From the NCBI GenBank assembly GCA_049521795.1, contig JBEKOM010000003.1, positions 64,001-128,000 of the forward strand: DNA of 64,000 nucleotides. Direction: 5' to 3'. The notes under the pieces were generated by a model. That model ran no database searches. It was not told where the DNA came from and saw nothing but the letters and a program-made list of their open reading frames with translations. Of the stretch, positions 47,093 to 55,493 are shown in pieces. A program made the position numbers and the translations under genes. Origin of the DNA: Candidatus Bathyarchaeia archaeon (GTDB taxonomy: Archaea > Thermoproteota > Bathyarchaeia > Bathyarchaeales > Bathycorpusculaceae). How positions within the stretch are numbered: the stretch's first letter is position 1; the number at the start of each line of letters is the position of its first letter.

Positions 47093-47218
47093 ATGGGCGA
47101 TCACGAACTGTTCCAGCTCGAAGACAATGACATCAAACAAACATCTAGAGACTTGGTGCTCGTGTGGAGACAGTTTGATCGCTTGATTGACATCGAAGCA
47201 CCTGTCGAAAAAAAATAG
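47093..47218 (+). CDS. Putative 41-aa small protein
   Basis: CGCAAAATATTTAAA BRE/TATA about 35 nt upstream; MGDHELFQLEDNDIKQTSRDLVLVWRQFDRLIDIEAPVEKK. Confidence 0.35.
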   Translation: MGDHELFQLEDNDIKQTSRDLVLVWRQFDRLIDIEAPVEKK

Positions 47219-47249
47219 ACAGCTGATTTTCCGTCGCTGTTTGGGCCCA

Positions 47250-48332
47250 TCAATGGGATGCAAGCGGCGGTTTCTTCAGAAAAAGTCTCGCGTTCCTCCA
47301 TTGTTCTTGCGCGATCTGAAGGTTAGCGAGAACGCTTCCGTGGAGAGAATAGAAAATGTAGCACATATACGTGCATTGGCTGCACTTGCTGTATTTCCTG
47401 CGCAGGGCCTTGAGTTGCGGAGTATTCCACACTCTGGGAAGATCGAATATCGTGGTTGTCGGTTCCTGCAAGTGACACCCAGCCACCCTGCCAACGTGGT
47501 CGATAATGAAGAAGTTCTGAAGTGCACGGCACTTCCATGGTCTTTCACCGGTCAAGTAGAGGTTCTTTACTGCCTTCAACAACTTTGAGGTCATAATGAT
47601 GTTGCTGTTTTTCTTCCTCATCGCTATCAACGAGTCACACGTTTTGACCATGGCGTTCCCGTCAACGATCGTGAACTCATCATTCTTCTTCCCTATTCCG
47701 AAAAGATGGCTCTGTTCGCCCGTTGAGTCGGGTGAGTCGGCTCTTTCGGGTGAGTCGTATGAGTAAATACTGTACCACACTGGAATGTCCCTACTCGTGA
47801 AGTATCTCGTGAGATCCAAGATTTCGTAGAGGTTGAACTGAGATATTGTCGGAGCCACACCGACTGAGATGCCGTTTTTGTGAAGTTCTTCAACAGCCTG
47901 CATCGCAGTGCTCCACGCGCCTTTAACACCCCTTATGTAGTCGTTCTTCTCAGGGTTCAAGCTGTCAATCGAGATTGCAACAAAGTCTGCGTGGCGCAGG
48001 GCTTCGATTTTCTCAACGGCCATACTGCCGTTGTCGTAGACCGTTGTTATGAAGGATTCCGAGGCGTGCCTTATGATTTCGCCTATGTCGTCTCTCAGAA
48101 GAGGGTTACCGCCGGAGAGCACAAGGTCTACTACGCCAAGTTCCCGAAGGATGTTCAAGCCTTTCTTCACTTGTTCTGTCGACAGCTCTCGGGGGTCTTG
48201 CTGCTGCCAGACTGAGCATCCTCTGCAACGGAAGTTACATTTTCTGGTGAGCATCCATTGAGCATGGCGCGGTCTGTTAGGCGTGAAGCTTCGAATTGCA
48301 ATGCTGCGAGCTTTCTTAAGAGACATGACCAA
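47250..48332 (-). CDS. Radical SAM protein with C-terminal SPASM/twitch-like domain
   Basis: CNFRCRGC, SGGNPLLR, ISIDS, C...G.V.GC...CSQCTYMC. Confidence 0.88.
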   Translation of the reverse strand: MVMSLKKARSIAIRSFTPNRPRHAQWMLTRKCNFRCRGCSVWQQQDPRELSTEQVKKGLNILRELGVVDLVLSGGNPLLRDDIGEIIRHASESFITTVYDNGSMAVEKIEALRHADFVAISIDSLNPEKNDYIRGVKGAWSTAMQAVEELHKNGISVGVAPTISQFNLYEILDLTRYFTSRDIPVWYSIYSYDSPERADSPDSTGEQSHLFGIGKKNDEFTIVDGNAMVKTCDSLIAMRKKNSNIIMTSKLLKAVKNLYLTGERPWKCRALQNFFIIDHVGRVAGCHLQEPTTTIFDLPRVWNTPQLKALRRKYSKCSQCTYMCYIFYSLHGSVLANLQIAQEQWRNARLFLKKPPLASH

Positions 48333-48484
48333 ACGCGCAGGCGCCTCGTCCTTCTTCCTAGTTTACACAAACCACTGTCTTTTTTGACATGAGCGAAATA
48401 TGAGGAAACCCTATATAAAGGTAGACTCCTTTGGAACACGAGTTGTTCAGCGACTTCGAGACTTCAAAATGTGATGGCCCGCTT

Positions 48485-49255
48485 ATGATTCGAACGAACT
48501 CGAACCAGGTCGACGTCGTAGTGCTCACAAAAAACAGTGAAAGAGTCCTGGAGAGATGCTTCAACTCGATTTTCGCAAACGTGCCTGTGAACCGCTTGAT
48601 AGTGGTGGATGGGTACTCAACTGATTCCACTCTGGCGATAGTTCGGAAATTCAGCGACGAACATGGCAACGTGGTGGTAATCAAGGACGGCGGCACACGG
48701 GGCAGCGCAAGAATGAGAGGAATAGGCGAAGTCAAAACTAGGTGGTTCCTGTTCGTCGACAGTGATGTCACTCTGAGCGACAACTGGTATGAAAAGGCGA
48801 AGAACTACGTGGACGATGACGTCGGCGCCGTTTGGGGAACGGAAGTATGGGCTGGGATGCGCGCTCAGAAGGTCTTGAAACTTTTCCTGATTGTCACCAG
48901 AAGAATTTTTGAAATGAGAGGCGGAACCCATGACCTCCTCGTTCGCTATGAAACGGTCAAGGACATAAGTATCCCAAAGAACCTGCATGTTCTCGAAGAC
49001 GCACTTATCAAAGAATGGATAGTCAAGAAAGGGTACAGAGTAGTTCCCACTTATGATCCTTTCTGCATACACTATAGACCCCAGTCTGTTTGGACGTTGA
49101 AAGGAAGCCAAGGCCTAGTTGTGGAGACCTTGAGATACGGCTCGCTCAAAAAGATGCCGAGCTATCTTCTTGCGTATCCGTTCTACACCGTCTACGTCGT
49201 GTACAGAAGTCTGACTCGAAAATTGAAGGGACCAAGCGAAAGGATAGAAGTGTGA
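48485..49255 (+). CDS. Glycosyltransferase family 2
   Basis: VVVLTKNSE, VVDGYSTDST, FVDSD, ED; ATG 48485 preferred given TATA at 48412. Confidence 0.9.
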   Translation: MIRTNSNQVDVVVLTKNSERVLERCFNSIFANVPVNRLIVVDGYSTDSTLAIVRKFSDEHGNVVVIKDGGTRGSARMRGIGEVKTRWFLFVDSDVTLSDNWYEKAKNYVDDDVGAVWGTEVWAGMRAQKVLKLFLIVTRRIFEMRGGTHDLLVRYETVKDISIPKNLHVLEDALIKEWIVKKGYRVVPTYDPFCIHYRPQSVWTLKGSQGLVVETLRYGSLKKMPSYLLAYPFYTVYVVYRSLTRKLKGPSERIEV

Positions 49256-49264
49256 GATAAGGCT

Positions 49265-50080
49265 TTGGAAACGTCAGTTGTCATTCGAACGAGAGACAAG
49301 GAAAGATATTTTGATCCTCTGCTTGAAAGCCTAACCTCGCAGACGGTTCAGGCATCAGAGCTTGTTATAGTTGACAACTTCTCGAGTGAAGAAAAGAAAC
49401 AGGGCTTAAGAATCGGCCTTGCCGAGAAGGTGAGAAGCGGCTTCTGGAAAGGAAAAGTCAGCGTCAAGCTTGTCACTCTCTCAGATGATGAGTTCTCTCA
49501 TGCATACTCAACCAACGTAGGCGTAGCCGCCGCTGAGAACCAATTAGTCTGCATAACGAACGCACATTCTCTTCCGTCATCCCGACACTGGCTACAAGAG
49601 GGAACAAAGCACTTTGCAGACCGCAACGTTGCTGGTGTCAGCGGGTTTTTCATCCCTCATCAGGAAGGAACCGCTATCCGAAGGTTTGACAAGGCTGTCT
49701 ATCAGTTCACTCAAAGAGCGATCCTGCGCCAAGACTGGTGCTCCACCATAAACTGCATAATCAGAAAATCTTCATGGAGAGCTTACCCTTTTGACGAGAA
49801 CCTGCCCAAAATCATTCCTGAAACAAAAAAATATGGTCTTGAAGATTACGATTGGAGCAAAGAAATGTTGGCCCGCGGCTTCAGGATCGTAGTCGATCCA
49901 ATGTTCAACGTATATCACTCGCACGGAAGGGTTCTTAACGAAACCGCAAGAAACCTGAAAGGCTATTTCGTCTACAGGCAGATTCAACAAAAAATAGACA
50001 TGCTCAACAGGCCTCGAGTATCTTTCAGCAGGGTTTCCCAAGCGGACCCGCATGAGTCTGCCATAGAACTACTCTCTTAG
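49265..50080 (+). CDS. Glycosyltransferase family 2 (rhamnosyltransferase-like)
   Basis: SVVIRT, IVDNFS, FSHAYSTN, NAH, EDYDW, VYHSH. Confidence 0.85.
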   Translation: METSVVIRTRDKERYFDPLLESLTSQTVQASELVIVDNFSSEEKKQGLRIGLAEKVRSGFWKGKVSVKLVTLSDDEFSHAYSTNVGVAAAENQLVCITNAHSLPSSRHWLQEGTKHFADRNVAGVSGFFIPHQEGTAIRRFDKAVYQFTQRAILRQDWCSTINCIIRKSSWRAYPFDENLPKIIPETKKYGLEDYDWSKEMLARGFRIVVDPMFNVYHSHGRVLNETARNLKGYFVYRQIQQKIDMLNRPRVSFSRVSQADPHESAIELLS

Positions 50081-50081
50081 C

Positions 50082-51092
50082 CTACCGTTTTGCAAGAGCT
50101 ACCCACAAGTGGTCGCAAATGGGCCTAGCGAGTTTTTCCTTGGCACCGTTTTTTCGTTTTATAATTCGGTCTTCTGAAGAAGGCAAGAATTCGCCAACGA
50201 CACTTGCCTCTATTCTACTTTTGATCAAGCTTTTTTTAATCTCATCTGTAGCGCCTTTTCTAGCTGCTATCAGCATGCTTCCTGAAGCAATCAGATAAAG
50301 CGGGTCAATTTCAAACGCTCCGCATATTTCTACAGTCTCTTTGGCCACGGGGATTCTCTCCTCGAAGATTCTGAAGCCTAGGTTTGACGCGTCTGCGATC
50401 TCGTGTATTCCCCCGGCTATTCCGCCCTCTGTCGGGTCATGCATAGCGTGAACACCGCCTGTCTTGAAGGCTACTGCCGCCTCTTTGGCCACGCTTATCA
50501 TGGTGAAGAATTCCCTAGCCCTCTTCAACGTTGAGGACCTGATGGTTTTCCTCAGCTTTTCCTCCCTGTCTGTCGCTAGAATGGCAGTGCCTTCTAGGCC
50601 CGCGGTTTTGGTTATCATAATCTTATCTCCTGCTTTGGCTCCCGCGGCTGTCACGTAATTTCCCTTTTCTGCCATGCCCATAGCACAGCCCACAACTATC
50701 GGGTTTGTCAGTCCCGGAGTGGATTCGCAATGTCCTCCGACGATAGCCATTCCCAAACCCTTCGTAGCCTTATCCATCTGGGAGCTGATGGTCTCAATGG
50801 TCTTTCTGTCCGCCTCTTCGGGAAGCAGAATACACGACAAGAAGAAGGCTGGATCGACACCAAATGTGGCGACATCGTTTGCGTTAACGTTGACTGCAAG
50901 CCAGCCGATTCTCTCTAGCGCTCCTGTGATCGGGTCCATAGATACTATGAGCGATTTACTTCCAACGTTTATCACGGCGCCATCGATTCCTGCCGCAGGA
51001 CCAAGCGCAACCTCATCGCGATGGACACCCAGATTCTTGAATATGACCTCTTTCAAGAGGTCAACAGGTATCTTTCCAGGTGGTAGTGTCAT
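50082..51092 (-). CDS. AIR synthase/PurM-like (HypE-related) protein
   Basis: DPITGA, NDVAT, GGHCE, HDPTEGG; lacks the HypE C-terminal PRIC end. Confidence 0.85.
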   Translation of the reverse strand: MTLPPGKIPVDLLKEVIFKNLGVHRDEVALGPAAGIDGAVINVGSKSLIVSMDPITGALERIGWLAVNVNANDVATFGVDPAFFLSCILLPEEADRKTIETISSQMDKATKGLGMAIVGGHCESTPGLTNPIVVGCAMGMAEKGNYVTAAGAKAGDKIMITKTAGLEGTAILATDREEKLRKTIRSSTLKRAREFFTMISVAKEAAVAFKTGGVHAMHDPTEGGIAGGIHEIADASNLGFRIFEERIPVAKETVEICGAFEIDPLYLIASGSMLIAARKGATDEIKKSLIKSRIEASVVGEFLPSSEDRIIKRKNGAKEKLARPICDHLWVALAKR

Positions 51093-51122
51093 CTTGGGCC
51101 CTTCTAGAAAGTTGTTGCTGTT

Positions 51123-51683
51123 TTAGCTTTTAAGCTGTGGCAAAAGCCTTCGTATCTCGTTAGTATCATTTGCCTTTACCGGCTTCAGGATTTCTGGGAG
51201 TCTCTTGCGGATGATTAAGGCTATTGGCAAGCCAACGAGTCCTCCAACTACTATCTGCAGCATGTTTGCTGGCACTTCGCCCAACGCTGCCCATCCTTCT
51301 TGAAGCGGGAAGAATTCGGCTAGGAAGTAGCCAGTTATCATTTCTGCTCCTGCAATGATCACGGCAAGAACGTCTCGTCGATAGCTGATTCTGTTGGAGA
51401 TTAATCCTGCAATGACGCCTTCTACGCCTTTTACCACTAAGGTAGATGGGGCAAAATAAGCATAGCCTCCAAGCACGTCTGATATGGCCGATCCGACCCC
51501 GCCAGCAAAACCCCCTACTACAGGGCCAAAGGTGAGCGCGCTTACAAAGATCATGATATCGCCGAAGTTTAGATATCCCCTTGTTGCTGGGATGTAGATT
51601 TGCACAGCAAAGGTTGTCACGGCCACGAGCGCCGCCATGACCCCCATCAGCGCGGCAGTTATTATCGAGAATCTGCTTTCCAT
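51123..51683 (-). CDS. ECF transporter S component (COG4720-like)
   Basis: AALV, GYLNFGD, GGVGSAISD, VKGVEG, N..Q; multiple TMs. Confidence 0.88.
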   Translation of the reverse strand: MESRFSIITAALMGVMAALVAVTTFAVQIYIPATRGYLNFGDIMIFVSALTFGPVVGGFAGGVGSAISDVLGGYAYFAPSTLVVKGVEGVIAGLISNRISYRRDVLAVIIAGAEMITGYFLAEFFPLQEGWAALGEVPANMLQIVVGGLVGLPIALIIRKRLPEILKPVKANDTNEIRRLLPQLKS

Positions 51684-51727
51684 TTGGATCGTGCTCCATG
51701 CTTTCTCGCAGTCGATCGTAGGTCTAG

Positions 51728-51743
51728 TATAGTTGCAACTATA
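51728..51743. promoter_or_regulatory. Perfect 16-bp palindrome, candidate operator of the ECF operon
   Basis: TATAGTTGCAACTATA lies between the minus-strand TATA (51758-51764) and the start codon. Confidence 0.6.
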
Positions 51744-51962
51744 ATGGTGGATGACCGTTTATAAGCGCGCGCACTGTCTTTCGCCGGATCAAGTTGAAAT
51801 TCTGAGGTACGTTGGAGGCATTTGAGTATCATCGGTTCCACTCTGCTGGACCAGTGTCAACAGTCAATCTTCTAGTGGACCTTTTTAATGTTTACATCAA
51901 TTGGTCGACGAGATGGGAAAACCTAAATGTGAGTCCAGCAATGATAGGTAGCGAGTTGTGAG

Positions 51963-52352
51963 TTGACGGTCATGAGTCAAGAAGTGAAAGATGACCCCGT
52001 GAGAATGCATAGAGAGGCAATCACTCTTTTCGAGACAGGCAAATATAAGGAGGCCGAAGAAATCTTCTTGAAAACGGCTGAATTATATCATAAGGTGCAG
52101 AACTTCTTCTACTCGTCAGAGATGTACTACAAGGCCGGCGAGTGTGCCTACGCACTGAAAGAGTATGAGAAAGCAGTTGAGCATTTCACGAAGTCGGCAG
52201 AGCTGTCCTTCCAGAAGGGGTTTGACCGGTTCGGAGTCAGCGCCCTAGAGTACGAGAGAGACAGTTACAAGGCCTTACACAAGAATGCAAAGGTCAAGGA
52301 TTTAGACAAGAAAATTCAAGAAGTGAAGAAGAAACTGGAGACTACGTTCTAA
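51963..52352 (+). CDS. Small TPR/SNAP-like helical repeat protein
   Basis: Repeated A..Y.KAAE patterns (EAEEIFLKTAELY, YYKAGECAY, KAVEHFTKSAEL). Confidence 0.7.
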   Translation: MTVMSQEVKDDPVRMHREAITLFETGKYKEAEEIFLKTAELYHKVQNFFYSSEMYYKAGECAYALKEYEKAVEHFTKSAELSFQKGFDRFGVSALEYERDSYKALHKNAKVKDLDKKIQEVKKKLETTF

Positions 52353-52462
52353 ATACGCCGCCGACACTATGCTGCTCTTTTTTGGACTGAACAGGCCTGA
52401 AACAACGTTTATCTCTTAAGCTGATAAATGAGAAGCTGAGCATGTTTTAAGGGTCAACATCT

Positions 52463-54157
52463 ATGCCTACTCCTTTCAAGGCTCTTGCAGAATTAGGGGA
52501 AAAACTGGAAGCTACAACCAAACGTCTCTTGATGGTGGACCTTGCAGCAAGTTTCTTGATGAACGTAGAGTCTGATGAGACGGAACCCGCGGTTTCGATG
52601 ATTCTCGGGAGGCCTTTTCCAAGATGGGATCAGCGAACTCTTGAAGTGAGCTGGGCTACTCTTAGCGAAATCATAAAGTGCATAACGGGCGTTGATTGGG
52701 ACGTCTTCACAGAAGTCTTCAGCAAGACGGGCGACATCGGCGCGGCCACCAAGACGATCTTTGAAAACAGCAAAGTTAGAAAACAAACTGCCCTTTTTCG
52801 CACTCCGCTAACCATAACTGAAGTCAGGCGTAACCTGCAGACCATAGCAGAAACTTCTGGGTCAGGCTCAAGAGAGAGAAAAGAACGCATGATTGAAGCA
52901 CTTCTGAGTCAAGCCTCGCCGGTTGAGGCAAAGTATCTGGTCAAGATCTTCATCGGTGAGATGCGCACCGGTTTTCACGAAGGGCTGATGGAACAAGCAG
53001 TTTCTAAGGCCTTTCAAGTTCCACTGCGAGCCGTTCAAGAGGCAAGCATGATCACAGGCGACATCGGAGAGGTAGCGCACATCGCTAAGAGTGACGGTAA
53101 GCAAGGGCTGTTGAAGATAGGCTTCAAGGTTTTCAGGCCGGTAGGCCCTATGCTGGCCCAGATGGCTGACAGCGTAGCGCAGGCGTTGGAAGAGCACGAT
53201 GGCAAGACGGCGCTTGAGTACAAGTATGACGGTGCCAGAGTTCAAATCCACAAGTCAGGCGGCGACATCAAGATTTTCAGCCGCAGACTAAAAGACGTGA
53301 CGGACAGCTTACCAGAGATAGCGGACTTGGCAAGAAACAACTTGAAGGCAGAGGAAGCTATCTTGGAAGGCGAGGTTGTGGCCGTTGACAGTCAGGGTTA
53401 CCCGATTCCTTTCCAGCATCTGATGCGGAGGTTCAGAAGGGTTCATGGAATAGCGGGCGCAGCCGAAAGAATTCCTCTGAGGCTTTACCTTTTCGACGTC
53501 CTGTATCTCAACGGGCAAAACCTGATTTCCACGTCATACGTCCAACGGAGGCAAATACTTGCTGCAAACGCTGGCGGAATACCTATGACTTCGCAGATGG
53601 AGACGAGCGATGTTCGAGAGGCGGAGCAGTTTTTGAAGCAGGCCATGGACGCGGGGCATGAGGGTCTGATGGCCAAGAGGCTTGACAGCTTGTACACGCC
53701 TGGTATCCGCGGAAAACGTTGGCTAAAAATAAAGCCGATCCTCGAACCCTTAGACCTTGTCATAGTGGCGGCTGAGTACGGTTATGGACGGAGGCATGGG
53801 TGGCTTTCAGACTATTACTTGGCGGCACGCGATGCTGACACCGGCAAGTTTCTCACGGTAGGTAAGACCTTCAAAGGGTTGACAGACGCCGAAATAATCG
53901 GAATGACAAAACGTCTCAAAGAACTGACGATAAATCGCTCACCTAGAAGTGTGAGTGTGGTTCCGAGAATAGTTGTTGAAGTCGCATACAACGAAGTTCA
54001 GAGAAGCCCGAAATATGAATGCCATATGGCTCTGCGGTTCGCGAGGATCACGCGTATCAGAGAAGACAAAGCACCGGAGGAAGCGGACACGATTCAACGG
54101 GTCAGGCAAATCTATGAGGCACAGTTCCAGAAAAAAGGCAGATATACAACCGATTGA
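52463..54157 (+). CDS. lig: ATP-dependent DNA ligase
   Basis: PMLA, EYKYDGARVQIH, EGEVV, FDVLY, EGLMAK, WLKIK, ALRFAR. Confidence 0.96.
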   Translation: MPTPFKALAELGEKLEATTKRLLMVDLAASFLMNVESDETEPAVSMILGRPFPRWDQRTLEVSWATLSEIIKCITGVDWDVFTEVFSKTGDIGAATKTIFENSKVRKQTALFRTPLTITEVRRNLQTIAETSGSGSRERKERMIEALLSQASPVEAKYLVKIFIGEMRTGFHEGLMEQAVSKAFQVPLRAVQEASMITGDIGEVAHIAKSDGKQGLLKIGFKVFRPVGPMLAQMADSVAQALEEHDGKTALEYKYDGARVQIHKSGGDIKIFSRRLKDVTDSLPEIADLARNNLKAEEAILEGEVVAVDSQGYPIPFQHLMRRFRRVHGIAGAAERIPLRLYLFDVLYLNGQNLISTSYVQRRQILAANAGGIPMTSQMETSDVREAEQFLKQAMDAGHEGLMAKRLDSLYTPGIRGKRWLKIKPILEPLDLVIVAAEYGYGRRHGWLSDYYLAARDADTGKFLTVGKTFKGLTDAEIIGMTKRLKELTINRSPRSVSVVPRIVVEVAYNEVQRSPKYECHMALRFARITRIREDKAPEEADTIQRVRQIYEAQFQKKGRYTTD

Positions 54158-54179
54158 CAGCAGAATAGAATAGTGACGT

Positions 54180-55229
54180 GTGTTCATGCGTAGAACGAGC
54201 AAGTTTCCCTCATTCAACGAGTACTACAGTCGCCAAACCGTGCTGAAGGAGCTCGGAAAAAAGGGGCAGAGAAAACTTGCCCAGTCAAAGGTAGCCGTCG
54301 TTGGACTAGGTGGCCTGGGAACAGCTTCATCACTTTATCTAGCGCTCGCCGGAGTCGGCCACCTGCGCCTGATAGACCAGGATACGGTTGAGCTCGCTAA
54401 CCTGCACAGGCAGATCCTTTACGGTCTAGAAGATCTGCACTATCCGAAGGCTGAGGTCTCAGCCAAAAGACTGCGAAAGATGAACCCGCTTGTGAAAGTC
54501 GAGCCTGTCTCAGAGAATGTGAACATCAACAACGTTGAAAAGCTCCTAGCCGGCGTGGACTGCGTCGTTGACGGCTTGGACAACATGCGCACGCGTTACC
54601 TGGTCAACCGCGCGTGCGCAAAGCTTAGGATTCCGTATGTTTTTGGAGCGGCCATAGGAATTGAAGGCAACCTTTCAGTCTTCGCCGTGCCTGAAACACC
54701 ATGCTTGGAGTGCATCTTGCCAAGTGTTAAGGATAACAATTTAGAGACGTGCGACCTGAGAGGCGTGCTCGGCGCCACGGCCGGCATAATTGGCACGATG
54801 CAAGCTATGGAAGCGATAAAGGTGTTGACTGGCATAGGCTCGCCGCTTAAGGGTAAGCTGATGATCTGCGATTTCGCTGACATGTACTTCACCACGATAG
54901 ACGTTTTCAGAAGACCCGGCTGCCCAGCGTGCCAAGGCAACGTTGGCATGCCGAAAAGTAAGGAAAAACTTGCCTGGCTCTGTGGAAGAGACACGGCGAA
55001 CATTAACCCTGAAGAGCCGATGAAGATGGGCCTCAGCGAAGCCTATCAGCTCATCAAGCCGCATTTCAAAGTGCGAATAAAGTCCAGACTTGCAATAATA
55101 TTCAGTTACATGACCTTTGAAATCACTCTGTTCAACGGCGGACGGATGTTGATAAAGAACGTCAAGAATGAGAAGTCGGCCCTAGACGTTTACAGAGACG
55201 TAAGAAAGAAGCTCGATGAGGGCCGATAA
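54180..55229 (+). CDS. ThiF/MoeB/UbaA-family E1-like adenylyltransferase
   Basis: YSRQ, GLGGLG, NLHRQ, DN, PCLEC, CPAC. Confidence 0.92.
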   Translation: MFMRRTSKFPSFNEYYSRQTVLKELGKKGQRKLAQSKVAVVGLGGLGTASSLYLALAGVGHLRLIDQDTVELANLHRQILYGLEDLHYPKAEVSAKRLRKMNPLVKVEPVSENVNINNVEKLLAGVDCVVDGLDNMRTRYLVNRACAKLRIPYVFGAAIGIEGNLSVFAVPETPCLECILPSVKDNNLETCDLRGVLGATAGIIGTMQAMEAIKVLTGIGSPLKGKLMICDFADMYFTTIDVFRRPGCPACQGNVGMPKSKEKLAWLCGRDTANINPEEPMKMGLSEAYQLIKPHFKVRIKSRLAIIFSYMTFEITLFNGGRMLIKNVKNEKSALDVYRDVRKKLDEGR

Positions 55230-55263
55230 ACCTATTTACCCGAGTTTCAGCGATCTCTAGATT

Positions 55264-55336
55264 GCCGGGGTGGCCGAACGGTTCAGGCGGTTGCCTGCAG
55301 AGCAGCTATATATGGGTTCAACTCCCATCCCCGGCT
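55264..55336 (+). tRNA. tRNA-Cys(GCA), intronless, CCA not encoded
   Basis: Acceptor stem GCCGGGG/CCCCGGC, anticodon arm GTTGC-CTGCAGA-GCAGC, T arm ATGGG-TTCAACT-CCCAT, discriminator U. Confidence 0.95.
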
Positions 55337-55493
55337 CTCAGATTTTGGTGTGTTGAGAAGTCTTATCTGGTGGGCTCCAGGAACCTACCCCTCCTAGGTT
55401 TCAATGTACCATGAATATTTGGATCCAAATATGCCTACATCAAAAGGCGCGCGCGCCTAAGTGCATGAATGGCTCAGCTTTTGTCGATCCAAT

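Noticed and set aside
50082-51092. Second hypE
   Set aside because: Lacks the terminal PRIC cysteine (RPICD is internal); it is a PurM-like paralogue.
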